Assembly: GCF_000150275.1 (NCBI RefSeq)
Contig: NW_002060948.1
Location: forward strand, 754,360-818,359
Length of the DNA stretch: 64,000 nt
Reading direction: 5' to 3'
Source of the DNA: Trichoplax adhaerens
Lineage: Eukaryota > Animalia > Placozoa
The translations under genes and the position numbers were made by a program. The first letter of the stretch is position 1; each line of letters opens with the position of its first letter. The notes under the pieces were generated by a model. The model had not been told where the DNA came from, did not search any database, and worked only from the letters and a program-made list of their open reading frames with translations. This document shows positions 11,303 to 26,880 of the stretch, piece after piece.

Positions 11303-14300
11303 TTAGCAATTAATTGCCCATTCCTTTTCGCCCTCTTTTATCTCTGTCTTCTTGATCTATCATCATGAATACGTAATAAATATATAGATTAAACTGATTA
11401 TATCATTGATTTAGTTCCATTTTTAAGTAACTGATCAACAAGGATATGATATGTTGTAGGATTGAATTAATATGATAATTTTAATAATTATAAAATCTAT
11501 TAAAATTAAATTTTGAATTAACGAAGCACTTGTACAAATAATCTCTCAGTTCATATTTGATGGGATAGATATGCGGTATTTGATTTTCGATCATGATGTT
11601 GAAATATTCGCTATATCACTTTTATATTATCAAAAGACATTACCAGCGCAAATGATAAATTCGATTATAGCTTAATCGTGTCTTAGCAATACTTTATACG
11701 ATAATTTATCCAAAATAAAAGTAAATTGTTAGCTTAACTAGATCAGTTACGAAATCATACACATTAGATCCGAAAATTGCCATAAGGAATCATAAATGCT
11801 GTATTTATCAGCATTTATTTTAAAAGTGTTTAGCCACGACAATGCAATACCTGCTCTTTCTTATCATGTTCTAATACTCATGGTATGATAGAGAAACAGA
11901 TATGATAGCTATTCACTTTAAAGACCATTAAATCAACTATGTCTTGATTATAAATTATGGACCTAGATGATTTTAGTACATTATGTAGGTTTACAGACTG
12001 TGTATTACTCACTAGTAAAATTTAACCCTAGAATTTATTAATCAGCTATTGCAGCCTAATAATATAAATGGCTTTTGTCTATTCTCAGTTCTCTTTTAAT
12101 TGCTAGATATTCCATCTTGAAACATAATTTACTTTTTGGTATGAAATGATTACCGATTACACATGTCTATTAAAGTTTTACCTTACTGATGATATTATCT
12201 TGGCATGCCATTCTAATACGTTCTGCTGTAGCAGGACTATTAAATTCGAAACTCTTCGATAAGTTGCGATCCAGCCTTCAATAATTAAATGAAAGAATGA
12301 TTGGATTGCAACCACGGTACCATGTTATTTCTAAAGTTATGCGAACTATTAGCTCGTTATTCTAACATTAATATTAAACATAAAAATTAACAGTATTTAA
12401 TTCAAGCGACGAAATTGCTATAAGATAGAAATTACGTATTAAATTAAACGAGCTCAGTATATTTATATCAATAGCTAAATCATATAAAATTTTTTAATTT
12501 AAAAATTTGAGTGTTTAGAATTTAACCAGTGTTACAAATCTTCTTTGTAAAAGAAACCGGGTCTTAAACACTATCTTCACTAGTACTTGTGTTCCAAACT
12601 AACTTAGGGACCTATCGTAGTTGAACTAACTCTCAGCTACACAAAAAAAACTACTATAAAAGGACTGTTATTTACCAATTCAAAACTTAATCTTGATTTA
12701 AAATATAAGTAGTCGTATACTTTTAAATAGTCTGTTAATGTTCTAATTCAATACTGATATAATAACCAACAAGTATTCTACGGCCAATAACGGCACTAAT
12801 GCTGCAAAACTATCAGATACAACTTCACAGATAGACTATATTACCAAGAAAATATCATTAATGTGCGTATCCGGGTATACGAGTATAAACACTTTCCGCT
12901 AAATAAAAACTACAAAATATGATATGCTTAAATTCTACTGGTGTCGTTTGATTATAGGAAAGCTTTTAAATAAATAAATCTATAGAAGATCCAAGTTTAC
13001 CGGCATGCTTGAACAGCATTTTGGATGGCTAAGAAAACGGACGTTGCTAACGGTAAAGTTGGCTCGCCTATAGCCTATTCTCACAGAATACAGTTCAATC
13101 AAATCCAATAAATGTGATTCAGACTAATTGCAATCAACTTTTCATACTCTGCAAGTACTACGATATCAAAAAATACTAATTATTTCATCTGGCAAAGGTA
13201 AGTATTAAGAATCACTCCTAACCTTGGATGAATAAATAGCTTTATCGTTAAACGAATTACGAATCAAAGCAACTTGAAATTCTCTTGGTATATCCCTTGC
13301 AGTGGGGATTTTATAATTTTCAGGACTATTCATAAGTGGTATACCTTCAGGCGTGTGATATAATTGTTCAATTGTGTATAAACCAATACCTTGTACAAAA
13401 CCACCTTCCACCTAGAAATAGAAAAGATTTCATCTAGCACAGTTATCATATACGAACAGGATAGTTAAAAATAGTAAATTCTGTTAAATACACATTAGGT
13501 TGAGAAAACAGCATTATAGGTAAATGAATGAAATACTAAAGCCGTACCTGACCAATATCGATAGCAGGATTTAAACTTTTTCCTACATCCATCACAATGT
13601 CAGTTCGTAAATTCTGATACAAAGGTGATTCATAAACAGTAGTTATAGAATACAATTAATTATGAAGTATATTTGAATAGAAGCAAGGCATCTGATCTAA
13701 AAATACTAATATAAATATTTATATCTGAAATTTAAAATAATTCCTCTTTAATGTCCAAACACTGACTTGATGATCGCCAGTCAAGGTATCAATTTCAACT
13801 TCGGAAACAGATGCTCCATAAGTATAGTATTTAATACCTCGCCCCGTTTTAGTTTCAAAACTGAACGTGATTGGATTTGGTTCTCTATTCAAGTAATAGA
13901 ACAACGCCAAGGTAGCGATAGTTAAATCAAGCTAGCATCTCATATATGTATGATACTTACACGAAATATCCTGCAGCCGATAGATTTACACGATTGTAGT
14001 ATGCCGCAATAATCTTAAATAAAAATCCAGTATAAGAGAAGAGGTAATGATAGAAAAATGTAATAAATTTGTAAATAGGAAAGTTCTGTACCAATTCTAC
14101 CCAGTTTGCTGTTGGCATTGTGGCACGAATCGGATCAAGTCTCTCCTTTAATTTTTCACAAGCATCCTATAATTACAAATCAATGATAGGATCTTACATA
14201 TGTATAAACGGAAAGGAGTCTAGTTCTACTCATAATCAAATAAGGTTTAATAGGTTATGAATACGGTACACGAATGTGAGCTGTTTATTATTTTCTATCT

Positions 14301-17300
14301 AATGATTAGTCTTTACTTTTGTTGCAGCACCATACAAATCCGTAGCCGAAGAGTTAGAAGTTTCAGTAGCATTAGGAATGACAGCAGTACTAGATTCAAT
14401 TAAATGAATCTTCTCTTTAGGTACGCCAAGTATATGAGAACAAATCTTTAAGAATAGAATATTAACATCAAACCTTGAAAACGAAATCACTTCTAAATTT
14501 ATATAAATAATTATAATTCTTTTGAGAGCAGTTTAACTTTGATAGTGACGATTTTACCTGAACTAGTTTTGTATTTAAACCTTGACCAATTTCAATTCCT
14601 CCGTGAAAGAGTAAAAGTGATCCATCAGTATAAACCTGAATTAAAGCTCCAGCCTAGGATAGAAAATGAGCATTAAAAGGATATACAAGTGTACTATACT
14701 GTCGAAGGTATCGTTGAAGCTTTAGTGCTTGGAAGTGGAAAATTTTAGGTATAGTATATCGGCTAAATGATTTTATTAGCAGTTAATCTATTTTAATACA
14801 AAAGTATAGGCCTATATCAACCAAAAAGTAAAATTTATACTAATTCATCACCGATACACTATTACTTTATAGGCGTATGTTTGGTTTATAGTTAACGCTA
14901 TACCTGCTCCATAAATTTAAATCCAAGATAGCCAATCCCAAATGAACTTGGGATGATGGCAATACCCCGCTTTTTAAACCGATTCTTTCTAGATCATCAA
15001 TAAAACATTACCTTAAGAATTAAGACAAATTAAATAATGGTATTTCTAAATTTTACTGAATTCAGTATTGGTATGTACTATTGAACAGGTAAGATCGTCG
15101 AGGGTATTATAAACCACAAATGTGTACTAATTTTAAGCCCGTATCACAGATACATTCCCATAATTGCAATTCGCTCAAATTAATTACAGTTACTAGCCAA
15201 TCTCAAGTATAATTGATACCTCTCGCTAATTATGCTGAGCATCACTTTAAGCTATATTTTATAAAATAACCATACATTTGCCAACTTTACTTAGTCATTA
15301 GATATTTTCCGAAGTAAATCATTTTTACAGGATGAACTTATAGTATATCAGTAGTTATATTAATCTCAAAACCTTTAGGTGGCATCTAACCGGAGTCAAA
15401 CAAAATAAATTTTATCGTACTTGTTAAATATTTCGATTTGTTGTTTACGATTATCATAATCGCTTCTCTGAATTAATTCATCCCAGACTTTACGAATCTG
15501 ACAAGTCTCTAGCTTTTGATTAAATGGAGAAACATAACCATCGATATGCAAGCACATTTCTCTAACCTATAAATTGCCGTTTATATATAGATGCAACAAC
15601 GTAAGAGATCTACGTTATTGTGTATAAAAGATTAAGCGCGAGATTACGGTATAGGTATCTACGAGTATTAGACTACAAAGTTACGCATAGAGTATTACTT
15701 TTCTCTGGCTTATTTCACAACGATTGGCTACTTCGGTCATGATTTTTTCCGTTATCCAGATTGCCTAATTATTATGATAAAGCATATATATTTTATTGGG
15801 ATATTATTTCAATCGGCTAGTAGCAATACTATATTTTATGAATGGCAATTATATTATGATGATAAGACCGACTGGGAAACAATCAATAAATTGAAAATTA
15901 ATAATTATAGCAATTAATTTTCGATACGAATACATAAGTTTTGCAATAGTATTATTATGAAAGCTACCTGGGGAGCACCAAATCCTCTAAATGCTGTAGT
16001 TGATGAAATATTTGTTTGGCAAATAGAACCACTATAATCACAATTTTCAATCATATAAGATCCAAACAATCTGATCATAGAATAGTTCATAACCTAAAGT
16101 AAAGGAGCATTAAATAACTTCTTTACATAAAGAAAATATAATTCAGTTCTCTCCGATTTACTCGTTTCCAGGGATACTATAATTCGTAATTTATAGAGGA
16201 AAATACTTTTAAAGAGTTATTGCTTAAGCACACCGATAGCGAAAGATCTCTAGAATATCCAGAATTGCTGTACATTCTAATTTGAATCGCTTGAATATGG
16301 CCGTCATTATTAAAACCAACCTAAAATAGTTTTAAATTTTGTACAAATTGAAAGAAGAATGCAGACCCGTAGAGCCTTTCTTCTATTGTAATTATAAAAT
16401 AGATCTTCCAGTATAATAACAGCATATCTATAATTTGATATTTTGTATCTTGGTAATTTCCATATTAATTTAAAAATGAAAATTAGCACGATTCTAATCT
16501 ATACCTTATATTTTGCTAAATATGGGGCTCTACTGCCTTTAATTGCCATATCAACATGTCTATCAATCATCAATCGGATTGGCCTTTTCAATCTGAAATC
16601 AAATAAGCCTTAATTTAGTAATACTAAATGCAAGAGCAAAATCGATGCTGTAAAACATATATGATAGATATAATTAGAATTTATTTCTCATACTTTCTAG
16701 CAGCTACGGCTACACCAGCGGATATGGAAGCTATCCTAGTATTCTTACCGCCAAAACTACCGCCTAAAATATTAATGTTAGAATTGTGTTGTTTTAATCC
16801 ATCAAAAGTTAAAATATTGTATTCATGAAATCTAACTGGTGTCACATAATGAATAAAATAAAACTAACAATATCTCTCCATCTTAAATATGAACTATATT
16901 TTTATAAACTTAATCATGTTTTATATTCAGTATATGAAACGCGAACATTTAATATCACATATGCTTTTATTACGCTATTCATAAGAGTACTATGATTAAT
17001 TGCAAATATATATATCTAAAATCATGTATAGAAGCAACTTTTAACATTCATAGAAATGCATGAAATGCATAATATGCCACACACCTATGCGTTTTATGTG
17101 GCAAACTATACAGTTCATAGGTATTGCTAATGTTTCTGAAATAACTGATTGCACCAAATCTAAACACTGGGTAGCAACATGAACATCCAGTTCCATTGCT
17201 TCTGCTTTAGGTGTAACAATAACACATTGATTTTCCATGTAAAAGTGCTCCTAAACTCAAAATGAAGAGAAATCGAATTACATGCTCAAAGCCGCATATA

Positions 17301-20300
17301 ACATCTAATCTAAGTGAGAAAATTAATTTCAGGTCTATAAAGCGATCATTAAGCCACATGAGAGAAAGTTAATACCCAAGAAGATAGATAATTCTTTCCG
17401 TCGAAAGAGATATTATTATAGCCCTACCTGACCGCCCATTCGGATTTCATCCTCAATAATGTGGTGAGAGTTGAGAAATCCATTCTGTATGTTTCCACTT
17501 GTTAGATGAAATGTTTCGAAAATAGATTCTTCTTTAATTGCATCCTGAAATAGGATATGTAACATGATATCGACTTTCATTATCCTGGTATTAATCTATA
17601 TTTATGATACTTCAAGAATCGACAATTACTCATCATCACCTCAATAGTTAGAATTGCAGGTAGATCTTTATAACTTATTTTAACAAGCTTAACCGCTTCA
17701 TCGGCAATTTCTTTACTTTCAGCTATAATCATTCCAATCATTTGACCATGTGAGGTTACCTGACATACAGTATATACATATAACCATTGAGACTATAAAT
17801 TTATGGTCATGTAGAAAGTATTATTATTATGTTGTGGTATTATTAATGAACCTTATCATTTGAGAATATGTATTCATCATTTGCCATTTCTCCATATCGA
17901 TTTGATCCAGGTACATCTTTTGCCGAAATGTACTCATGAACGCCAGGCAATGAAATTGCTTCATCATAATTAATTGATCTGCCAAGAGAGAGAAATTATA
18001 TATTAAATTAGATAGACAATTAACATCTGCTATAAATGCACACATCTAATCATTATTTGGCTGTTCAATGTTCGTATACAAAATAAAATCATATTGCGGT
18101 GCAATATTAAGACATCAACTTATCTATGAAATTTTACTTACTCTATAATAGCATGAGCTCTTTCGCTTAACACGATACTTGCATGTAATTCATCTAGATT
18201 CACCCCCAAGTAACGACAAATAGGCACAGTATTGGTATAACCTCAGAGTACAAACTGATCGACAAAATTACAGAATCTTACTCTTATATTCAGGTATATC
18301 CATTAAGTATTGTGCTTCTCCGGTAGTTTGCTGCAATGCCGTGAGATGTACAATAGGTCGCCTTAACGCATCATCCATTACCTGTTTAGGATTGACTTTC
18401 TATATGTTTTAAATGATTTTTATGAAAATTAGTTTGTGGCCTCAACCAGTATCTTGCTTAACCTAAAGAATTTATAGGATTGCTACTGAAACAATTTCTA
18501 ACCCACCATTAGATGAATTAAACACTATATGATAGTTAAAAGGGTGAAAGAATAGCTACAATACGATATTGATCCTGGTTACAGAGCTAGGAATAGTTAC
18601 TTCGAAAATTTGAATTCCTTTGGAAGGACAGCGACGAATATTAGTTTTCACGCTAGAATCAATATTCGGATCCTGCGACAAGGAATAGTGAAATAATGTA
18701 ATACATTGCGTTATTATAATGAGAATAAGAGTGTTTTTTAAAGTTGTTTTGATTTATTAAATAATCTCCGGAATAATTATAAGAAATAGCTAGTTACCTC
18801 CGCAGAGATCTCTGATAGAACTTGCATAAAAAATTTAAAAAAGAAACTAGCTGCTAAGACTTTCCTGTATTCAGTAGCACCACCTTTGGCAGAGAATGGT
18901 AGAGGCAAGTCTTCACCAATTAATGCAATAGCATCTTCAAGCATTGCTAAATTCCACTCCCTATCAATATAAGTAGTATGCAAGTCGCAGGATTGAATTG
19001 TACTTAAAATTATTACGATTTTGATCAAATTGTTATCAAAGAATGCCAATAAAACAGGAGAGCTCCATTTAAAGTACTAAAATACTGATCTAGTCAATTT
19101 CGAAAGTGCAAGATAATAAACGAAAATTACTCTTAATTCAAGATCTTATTGAAATAGTTCTACCGTTTTTAGAAAATAAGAATAGGAAAAAATTACTAAA
19201 ATCCAGTCGTACCTTCCAATTAAAGCCGATGATGTCTGCTTTGCTATCAATATCTTTGATCCCATACCCCCGTAAGCTAATGTACAATCTTTAACCAATC
19301 CAGGGGTATCGAAAATAGATCTATTCAAAATTACACGTAAGCCAGCATTGACGATAGCAAATGAATTATCGTATCGGCGCGATTGTTTATAACAAAACAT
19401 ATATTCATTCTGATAAAGGAAAAAGAAATAATGGTTATTTGTGAGATTGGATCATTATCATTTGGCTAAGCTGACAAACTGTAGCCTATCTAGTTATATA
19501 TATACACGTATCATTAAGTTTCACCGTCAACTGAAAGTACAGCAGATATACCTCGGTAGAAAATGGAATTACAATAGAGGTTAAAATTTCTTGAGAAGTT
19601 AATTCACATTTTCCATCATTAGTAAAGAATGTATCGTCAATAACAATTTGCTTCTCTGATCCTAATTTTAATTAAGGTAGTTAAAAGCAGATTTAATTAC
19701 GTGTAAACCAAAAGTTAGGTGTGGACGAAATTCATTAAAGAAATATACCAGGCGATATGATTCAACTAATACGTCTATTACCGTCTAATGATTTTATTCT
19801 GAGCTGACATTTAGCTCCGACTAAGATAGTACATAAATCAGATGTTGATCTTGCAGTGACTAGATTCCCAGCTAGGCTCTATACATGATGCATAGAATAT
19901 ATTATTAATAGGAATAGAATCCAATAGTAGCTATATAGCTTTATACGACTACTATTGATTTTTACAGTAATGGAAATTCGATATAGAAAGAGTGATCAAC
20001 TTAATATTAGCTACTAATATTGCATTTTTCCTAACATGAATATAATATAATATAATACACAATAGCTATGGTTAAAGGTATAATTATAAACACTTATTAC
20101 CGTTGACTTTAACTAAAATTACAATGTGAATACAGTATAGTAAGAATAATTAATTTGATATTTAGTATGGTACTTGTTATTAATTAAAGATCAAATATAG
20201 GGTTTGAATATTGATTCGGTATTAGTATCCTATTAATGTTTATAACCATAACAGAAATTACTTGAATTTGATTAAAATTTGTTCTATTAAGACTTACGGC

Positions 20301-23300
20301 TACATTTCGAACTTGGCAGCAGCCGATACGCTTTAGCATGGTGATAAATGCACTGAAAATGCGTGTTTTATATTCTATACAAAATGGATATGAAAGTAAT
20401 ACAGTAGTTTTAAATTTAGTTGAATTCTATTCATTGTGAATTACTAATAGAATTTTTACTGAGCGAATACAAAACTGCAATGACAATTTTAAATTTTTAC
20501 GATATAGTAATAATAGTTATCTAATTCAATAAAAAGGAATCACAACCCATGTTTATAAATGATATCAGCCGACATGGCTATACGTGGATGTAACTTAAAA
20601 TTGCAATATCATAATTGATATTACATGAAGAACCATTTAGAATATTTTTATGTTTATATAAACTTATAGTGACATGTGTATTAATAATATAATGGACTAT
20701 TTATAGCCTATAACCATCAGATTCCACTATCCATGACTTGTTATAGATTATGATTTCATAAAATTTCATCAATAATCAATGTTACTATCGTAACAAATAT
20801 AGTTTAAATTGATATAGTAGAGATTGTATCTATAGATATTGACCTGGTAGTTGTATAATTATTCTTTCTAACTCTTCCATCAAACGCGAAATGGTAACTG
20901 AGGAACCAACTAAAACTCCATCGTCTAGTTTTTCAATATTGTTTAATTCGTTGACGTTGGCAGTTGATATCAAAGCATAGTGATTTATACCATGATATTT
21001 TGTGTTTATACCTGAGGTAAATGATATGTAAAATAGAGATTAAGTAACAATGAACTCAACGTTAACTTAGTAAAGAATCGGATATTATTGATATTCGAGC
21101 AAAATACAACTCTAACTCAAAATCTAGTGATAATAATAATAACATTTTGTGCAAGTTAAAACAAAGTAAGAATTGATCTCCTTACCAATCTCAAGGTGAC
21201 CACCAACTAATTTACTATTGGGATATTGCTGCTTTACTGATATTAGTTCATCAAATGATATTGAACTAACCCATGTTACTTTATTACCGAAGATAGTTAA
21301 ATTTGTTGGCGGCTTCTTACCTAATATCTACACGCCAGAAATATTGTATTAAGTATCATATCGTATCCGCAGAATCAGTGAGTATTTGTTAGAGAGTTCT
21401 CATTCGCTATCAAGACTACAATTACCAAAAGTTCAGGCGGAAATATTAATTCCTGAGAAGGATCATATAAAGAAAATTCTTGGGGATTGTACAGCTCTGT
21501 ACTGACAATATCCTTTTGGATTACAAAATTATAAAGAAAAAATATGTTATAAATTTTTAAAGCTTTTTATTCATACCTACACAAGTTCGCACTTGCCTTG
21601 TCAAGTTCTGTGTTAACTTTATCTAATTCAATTTTGTTACAGCAATTTTCCTAAAGCACATAATAGACGATTTTTAGTACCTGATTGGGAAGTAAAAACA
21701 CCGAACACGAATGATTACCTTGCCACAGAATGTTTTACATCCTTCTAAAATTGGTCTATAGCCCGTACATCGACATAAATTACCTACAGAAATAAAACAT
21801 TCCCATTTCTGAACTACTTAGATACGTATTTGATTAAATCATATGTAGATTTTAAAGAAAGTGACGGCAGAAGAATAAGACTTCCAAGGGCTTTATTCCC
21901 TCTTTTAAGCCGCTGCTTTTAGTTCGGAAAGTTAAAATACGTTTTATCATAACTCCTAAGTGGTAAGAGTATATTTCAGCACTTATAATGTCCATTTTTC
22001 ATGTTAGCTTATGTCAGTAATATACAGAAATAGTCTAATTGTATGGTGAGTCAATAGAATATTTCTTGTAATCCTCGATAACAGCTAGGAAGTTCTTTAA
22101 CACTTTTCTTACATTCACTTGCCATCAGCAAAAGCCAAAAGTTCTTACAATTCCTACCTTCAAAGGCTAATTCAATTTCTTCTGGTGTTGGCTGTGGGTT
22201 ATTGCGTAGCAGAGCATACATGGACATGACAAAACCAGGGGTGCAATAACCACATTGGGTGCCATGGACTTTGGCAATACGTTCCTATGAAGACTTTAGT
22301 GATCAGCTTTGTAGATACTAATGGGATTTATTATATAAACAGTAACGAAAGCCGTTATACGTTTTTTTAATCCTCACAATGAACTACTTAGTATGGCTTA
22401 CCTGGATCGGATGCAATTTTGTTTCTGTGCTACCAATACCTTCTACAGTAGTAATTGCTACACCGTCTAGTAAGCAGACAGGCATTAAGCACGAATTCGC
22501 GGCATAATGACTACAAAATCGTGCAGCTAAGGAATCCTATTGCACCTAACCATGGGCTAAGTGTATACATTTTAGCTCACAACGAATCACATTTATATAG
22601 CAGAATAACTGACTGTATTAATATAAGACTTCATCGTGATTTAGACCATATCATTACTGCTTGCTTTACAAAAAAGACTCGGCAACAAAAATATTGTATA
22701 TTACGTAAAGACTGATCGAAAACATAGTTCAAGGTACATATTTTACCACGATAGATTAGGATGTGAAAAAGGATACATCACTTTTTGCTGATAGCGATCA
22801 TATTTGGATATCATAATGGTGCATGCACCGCAACCGCCTTCGCCACAACTCAACTTGGTTCCCGTTAAGTGTACTTTTCCAAGATTGCCAAGTTAAGGAT
22901 AATTTATCTTTAAGACATACTCAAATACTGAAGAGGTGTATGTGAATAATACGGGTATTATTATTATAACTGTCAGCAAAGAGACGGGAGTTTGCACTAG
23001 TATCATTTAATTGGTGAAATTAAGCTACTCAAAATAGTCATTTGCAACATTTACTCGTAAGCAAGTGAGCGTAATAATTCTCTGGATAAGATTTCATCAA
23101 AAATTAAAGGTCTAGATTAGTCTAGAAATTGCTAGGACTCAACGCTTATAACAATAATGTGCGAATATTATTATTTCAGATTAGCTATACGTGTATTGAA
23201 ACAGTATTATTACTTAAACTAGCAGAGAAACCACGGGCTTAGACAAAGATTTATGAACAATTTATAGAAAATCAAATAAGAGATTGTTACCATATTTTAC

Positions 23301-24558
23301 TAGCTGATCATGAAAGATGCAAATATGTTGACTGCTTCTCTGTCTCTAAAATGTAATCAGGATACATTCATCGCGAAGTAGCTGTAAAACGGATTGTTCT
23401 GGCTCTATCTTGCTTCGGCAGTACTAGCAACAAAGTCAAAGTTCATTTGATTCATTACTACATTGAGTCATATAAGTGCTACGATTCCTATAATGTTAAG
23501 ATAGCTCATACGCCCGTAAGTATTAATCAGCATAGAGTGTCTGTGTTGGTTGCTAAAGCCTTTTTAAGTGCGATATCAATTATAACACCACACCTGCTAC
23601 AGTTTCCTTTGCAGCTTATTTTGCAAATGAAAATATCGCAACTGCAACGTCTTTAGAACAGCTAGATCAATCCTAACCAAGGTCTACGATAGACTAGCAA
23701 TTTCGACAGATATGTACGAGTATATCGCTAATCTTAGCTCTCGTACCTAAAAGGTCATTTTCTCTACAGTAGACTGCAAAATTTACAAAGCAGTGTAGAG
23801 ACATCGTTGATACTGGCTCTACTACTCAGAAAAAGGCTAGCGTTAACTAACTTACTTAATAACTCGTGATCATGTAAAAGCATGTTATAAGGTAGTCTCT
23901 AACATCGAATCACTTCTATCTCAATTCGAATGCATGATTACATATACACTGAATAGACCACATAATTCATGCTACATAAAGGATAGTCCATGGTAATCCT
24001 ACCACTTGAAAATAGTTACTGTAGACTGGCGACTTGTTATTCTATAAATTATATATGCCAAATATATAACAACCGTAGGGTAGACTACAAAATTTGGCTA
24101 CAGCGTAATGTCGTTATTCCTACTTTTATAAATAAAAACGACTAAGTTGCTTTAATCTATCCCTGTTTCATTTTCGACAATTAGTCTACTCGTATATGGT
24201 GATTTTCTAATATACTACACTAAAGTAAGCGTTCTCTGTACTTAGAAGTAGTAAAAGTCTCTTCTGAATTGCATTAAAGGCCTATCATCGATATATCCCA
24301 GTAATGACCATAGCGATATATCTCAATGCTATATCTTGCTAGTACAGCTAAACATTGATACGTTGTAGTGAGTAGGAGTATGAAATAGAAAAATCGTATC
24401 GTTATTTATTAATTTCAATAAATTAATGAATATGTAATACACATCTCAATTTCCTGTTGTAGCATGAAATTACTTCTAGAAGATGGAATGATAGTACATA
24501 GGACACCAACCTTTTTGCCGTTAAGGTAAAATAGAATAGTTGTTCTTTTAGTATCCAT
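11303..24558 (-). CDS. Molybdo-flavoenzyme paralog A (XDH/AOX family, aldehyde-oxidase-like active site)
   Basis: Starts [16 protein letters not shown]. 2Fe-2S motifs [27 protein letters not shown] and [12 protein letters not shown]. Moco-domain motifs [38 protein letters not shown] and AIGEP. Last exon [17 protein letters not shown]. Confidence 0.93.
22511..23365 (-). other. Two consecutive U12-type GT-AG introns of paralog A (22874-23365 and 22511-22776)
   Basis: Donors are GTATCCTGA and GTATCCTTTT. Branch sites TCCTTAAC (22892-22899) and TTCCTTAGC (22526-22534) lie close to the AG. Confidence 0.88.
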
Positions 24559-26300
24559 TGAATATGGTAATGACAATTCTAGTGTCGAACCTAAATATCA
24601 GTAGTGATGCGATAGAAAACATTAATTTTTCCTCTGCAATAATTTATCTTTTATTACTGGATCAATTTGGATTACTTTAAAAGTAGTTACGCCACCCGTG
24701 TCCCCTACTTCATGCTACGATTATTAATGAGCCTTTCACTATTACCATACTATTTCAACATTTATTAGTACGCTAGCTCAAATCAATCAGGACGCTTATA
24801 TACTGTAGTACTAATATATTATTTTATCCACAGAAGTGTTATAGCATATTATTCAGTAAATCTCAATACATCTAAATAATTACTAATATTGAATGTATAA
24901 TGATACACAAGATGATGATGATCGTAAAATGGTAATAGAATCCTTTAATTTATTCCACACCTTTGTTATTACCATGTATAAGTTAGGAGGTGCCTTGCGA
25001 TTGTTTTGTAGAACTTAATTGAAGTCAATTAAGCAATAATTACGCCAAAATAATGACTAGGTCAGTATCAGCATGTGTAGATATGTGATTCTTATTGGAA
25101 GCGATATTATTTTGGAGAGCTTTATCGTACTACCATCACAGCTACCTTCAGCACAAGTTACCTTGTATCCTGTTAAATGCTGCTTTGGAAAATTGATGGT
25201 TAAAGAAGTCCTTTCAGGATTTTTAATATTTATTCATACATTAGCAAGATTAAGTGATGCCATGATCGTATGTTACTACACACCGCATTTGGCAAATATT
25301 TCTACTGTAGTATAGCTCGCAAATAGCATCAATACAACCTTATGTAGTGAAAGTTGATAATATTCCTTGAGACTGAGGCTATGCCAAAATGGAATGTTCC
25401 CATATACTGCTACTAAGCCATCAAGCTGTCTAATTTAAGCAAAAATGATCAAGTTGACTGCAGTACTTTGAAAGAAGCTCAACTGTTCAGCTGTAGTAAG
25501 ATAATAGTAAATATTGATGGCATATGCCTCCAATAAGTATTGTAAGAATATAACCATTACGAAAGAACTGCAACAAGGATTTTTAGGTTAAAATTGAGTC
25601 ATATAGGATAATGGTAAGAGTCAATAAATTTTCAATTACTTATAGCCGCAAATAAATTTTATTCCAAACTCTATTTCTTAAGTTAGTCATGGTCCTACCA
25701 AATTGACTGTTGCATACGTGTATATTAAAGCATACGAGTACATATTACCAAAGTTAGTACTACTCGTGAGAGGGTTAGGAGATATATAACTACAGTCTAA
25801 CATATCGATAATAGGATAATTTACTCTCATTTCGAACAATGTGAAAAAAAGTTTTCTCGACGTTTTAACCCTCTCAAATATTTAAATTGATCTTATTCAG
25901 ATGATTGAGTTTAAAACCAGAGAAAAAGCCGGGAACAGACTGCACCTTTAGCTCCGCAGAAAGTAGCAGGATTACCCGATTTTCTAGCCAATATGCAGAG
26001 GAAAATGCTAAAACTATTGTAGAAATTATACCGCGAGTCTACTATCAGGTTTGTCCTCCCTGACATTAACCTAAAGTGCGACTCTCAATACTGATGACCT
26101 CCTATCGTTAGAAGGAACAGTAACACCACTAGACTCTCTTAGACATAACTGAACCCAAACTTTATTGAAAAGTCAGTCAATTTATAATGAATGGATATAA
26201 ACATTAATAATTAGTTTATAGAAGCTATGCAGTTATCTATTAAAAAATATGTAAAACATCATAGATAACGGTAGGTAAATACATTGATAGAAAAGTGAAG

Positions 26301-26880
26301 TATCTGTCCTTTTTTCTCACTTTCTTGATAACCTGCTCCTAGTTGGATCTCTTTTGAAGTTATTAAGCCCTAATACAAACCAAAGTTCATGTCTAATCAA
26401 CGTCTGTGGCTGTTTTCATTCTCCTATCCATTATAACGCACTTCAAAGCAGAATAGCCAATACAGTCAGCTTGCTAAGCTTTTCTACACATTAAACTGCT
26501 CTAATGTGATAAAATGATGCTGCTGTTTGTAAACCTTAGCCTATTTTAATGTATAAATGATGGACACTTTATTTTTTCACTATCTGATACAAATAGCTAA
26601 TTTCATAACATCAATGCTCAAATAACTTTAATTCACGATTTTTATTAAAATATCTATTCTTTTTTCTCACTTTCTTGATAACCTGCTTCTGTTCGATTCT
26701 CATTTAAAGTTATTAAGCCCTAATATGGACTAAAATTCATGTCTAATAAATTAATTAGACTGTTTGTTTTCCTTCTGCTATCAATTATAGCGCACTTCTA
26801 AGCAGAATAGCCAATACAGCCAGGCCGCTAAGCTTTTCTACGTGGAAAGCTGCTATTGCTTGTAAACCTTAGCCAATTTT
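26301..26880. repeat. Diverged direct repeat pair (~240 bp; 26301-26547 and 26651-26880)
   Basis: Shared blocks TTTTTCTCACTTTCTTGATAACCTGCT, AAGTTATTAAGCCCTAATA, AGCAGAATAGCCAATACAG and GTAAACCTTAGCC. Confidence 0.85.

Noticed and set aside
12040-12105. Alternative terminal exon of paralog A (..ENRQKPF..)
   Set aside because: The in-frame reading from the nearest AG stops after five codons. The exon at 11303-11356 matches the paralog C-termini (EKxW) much better.
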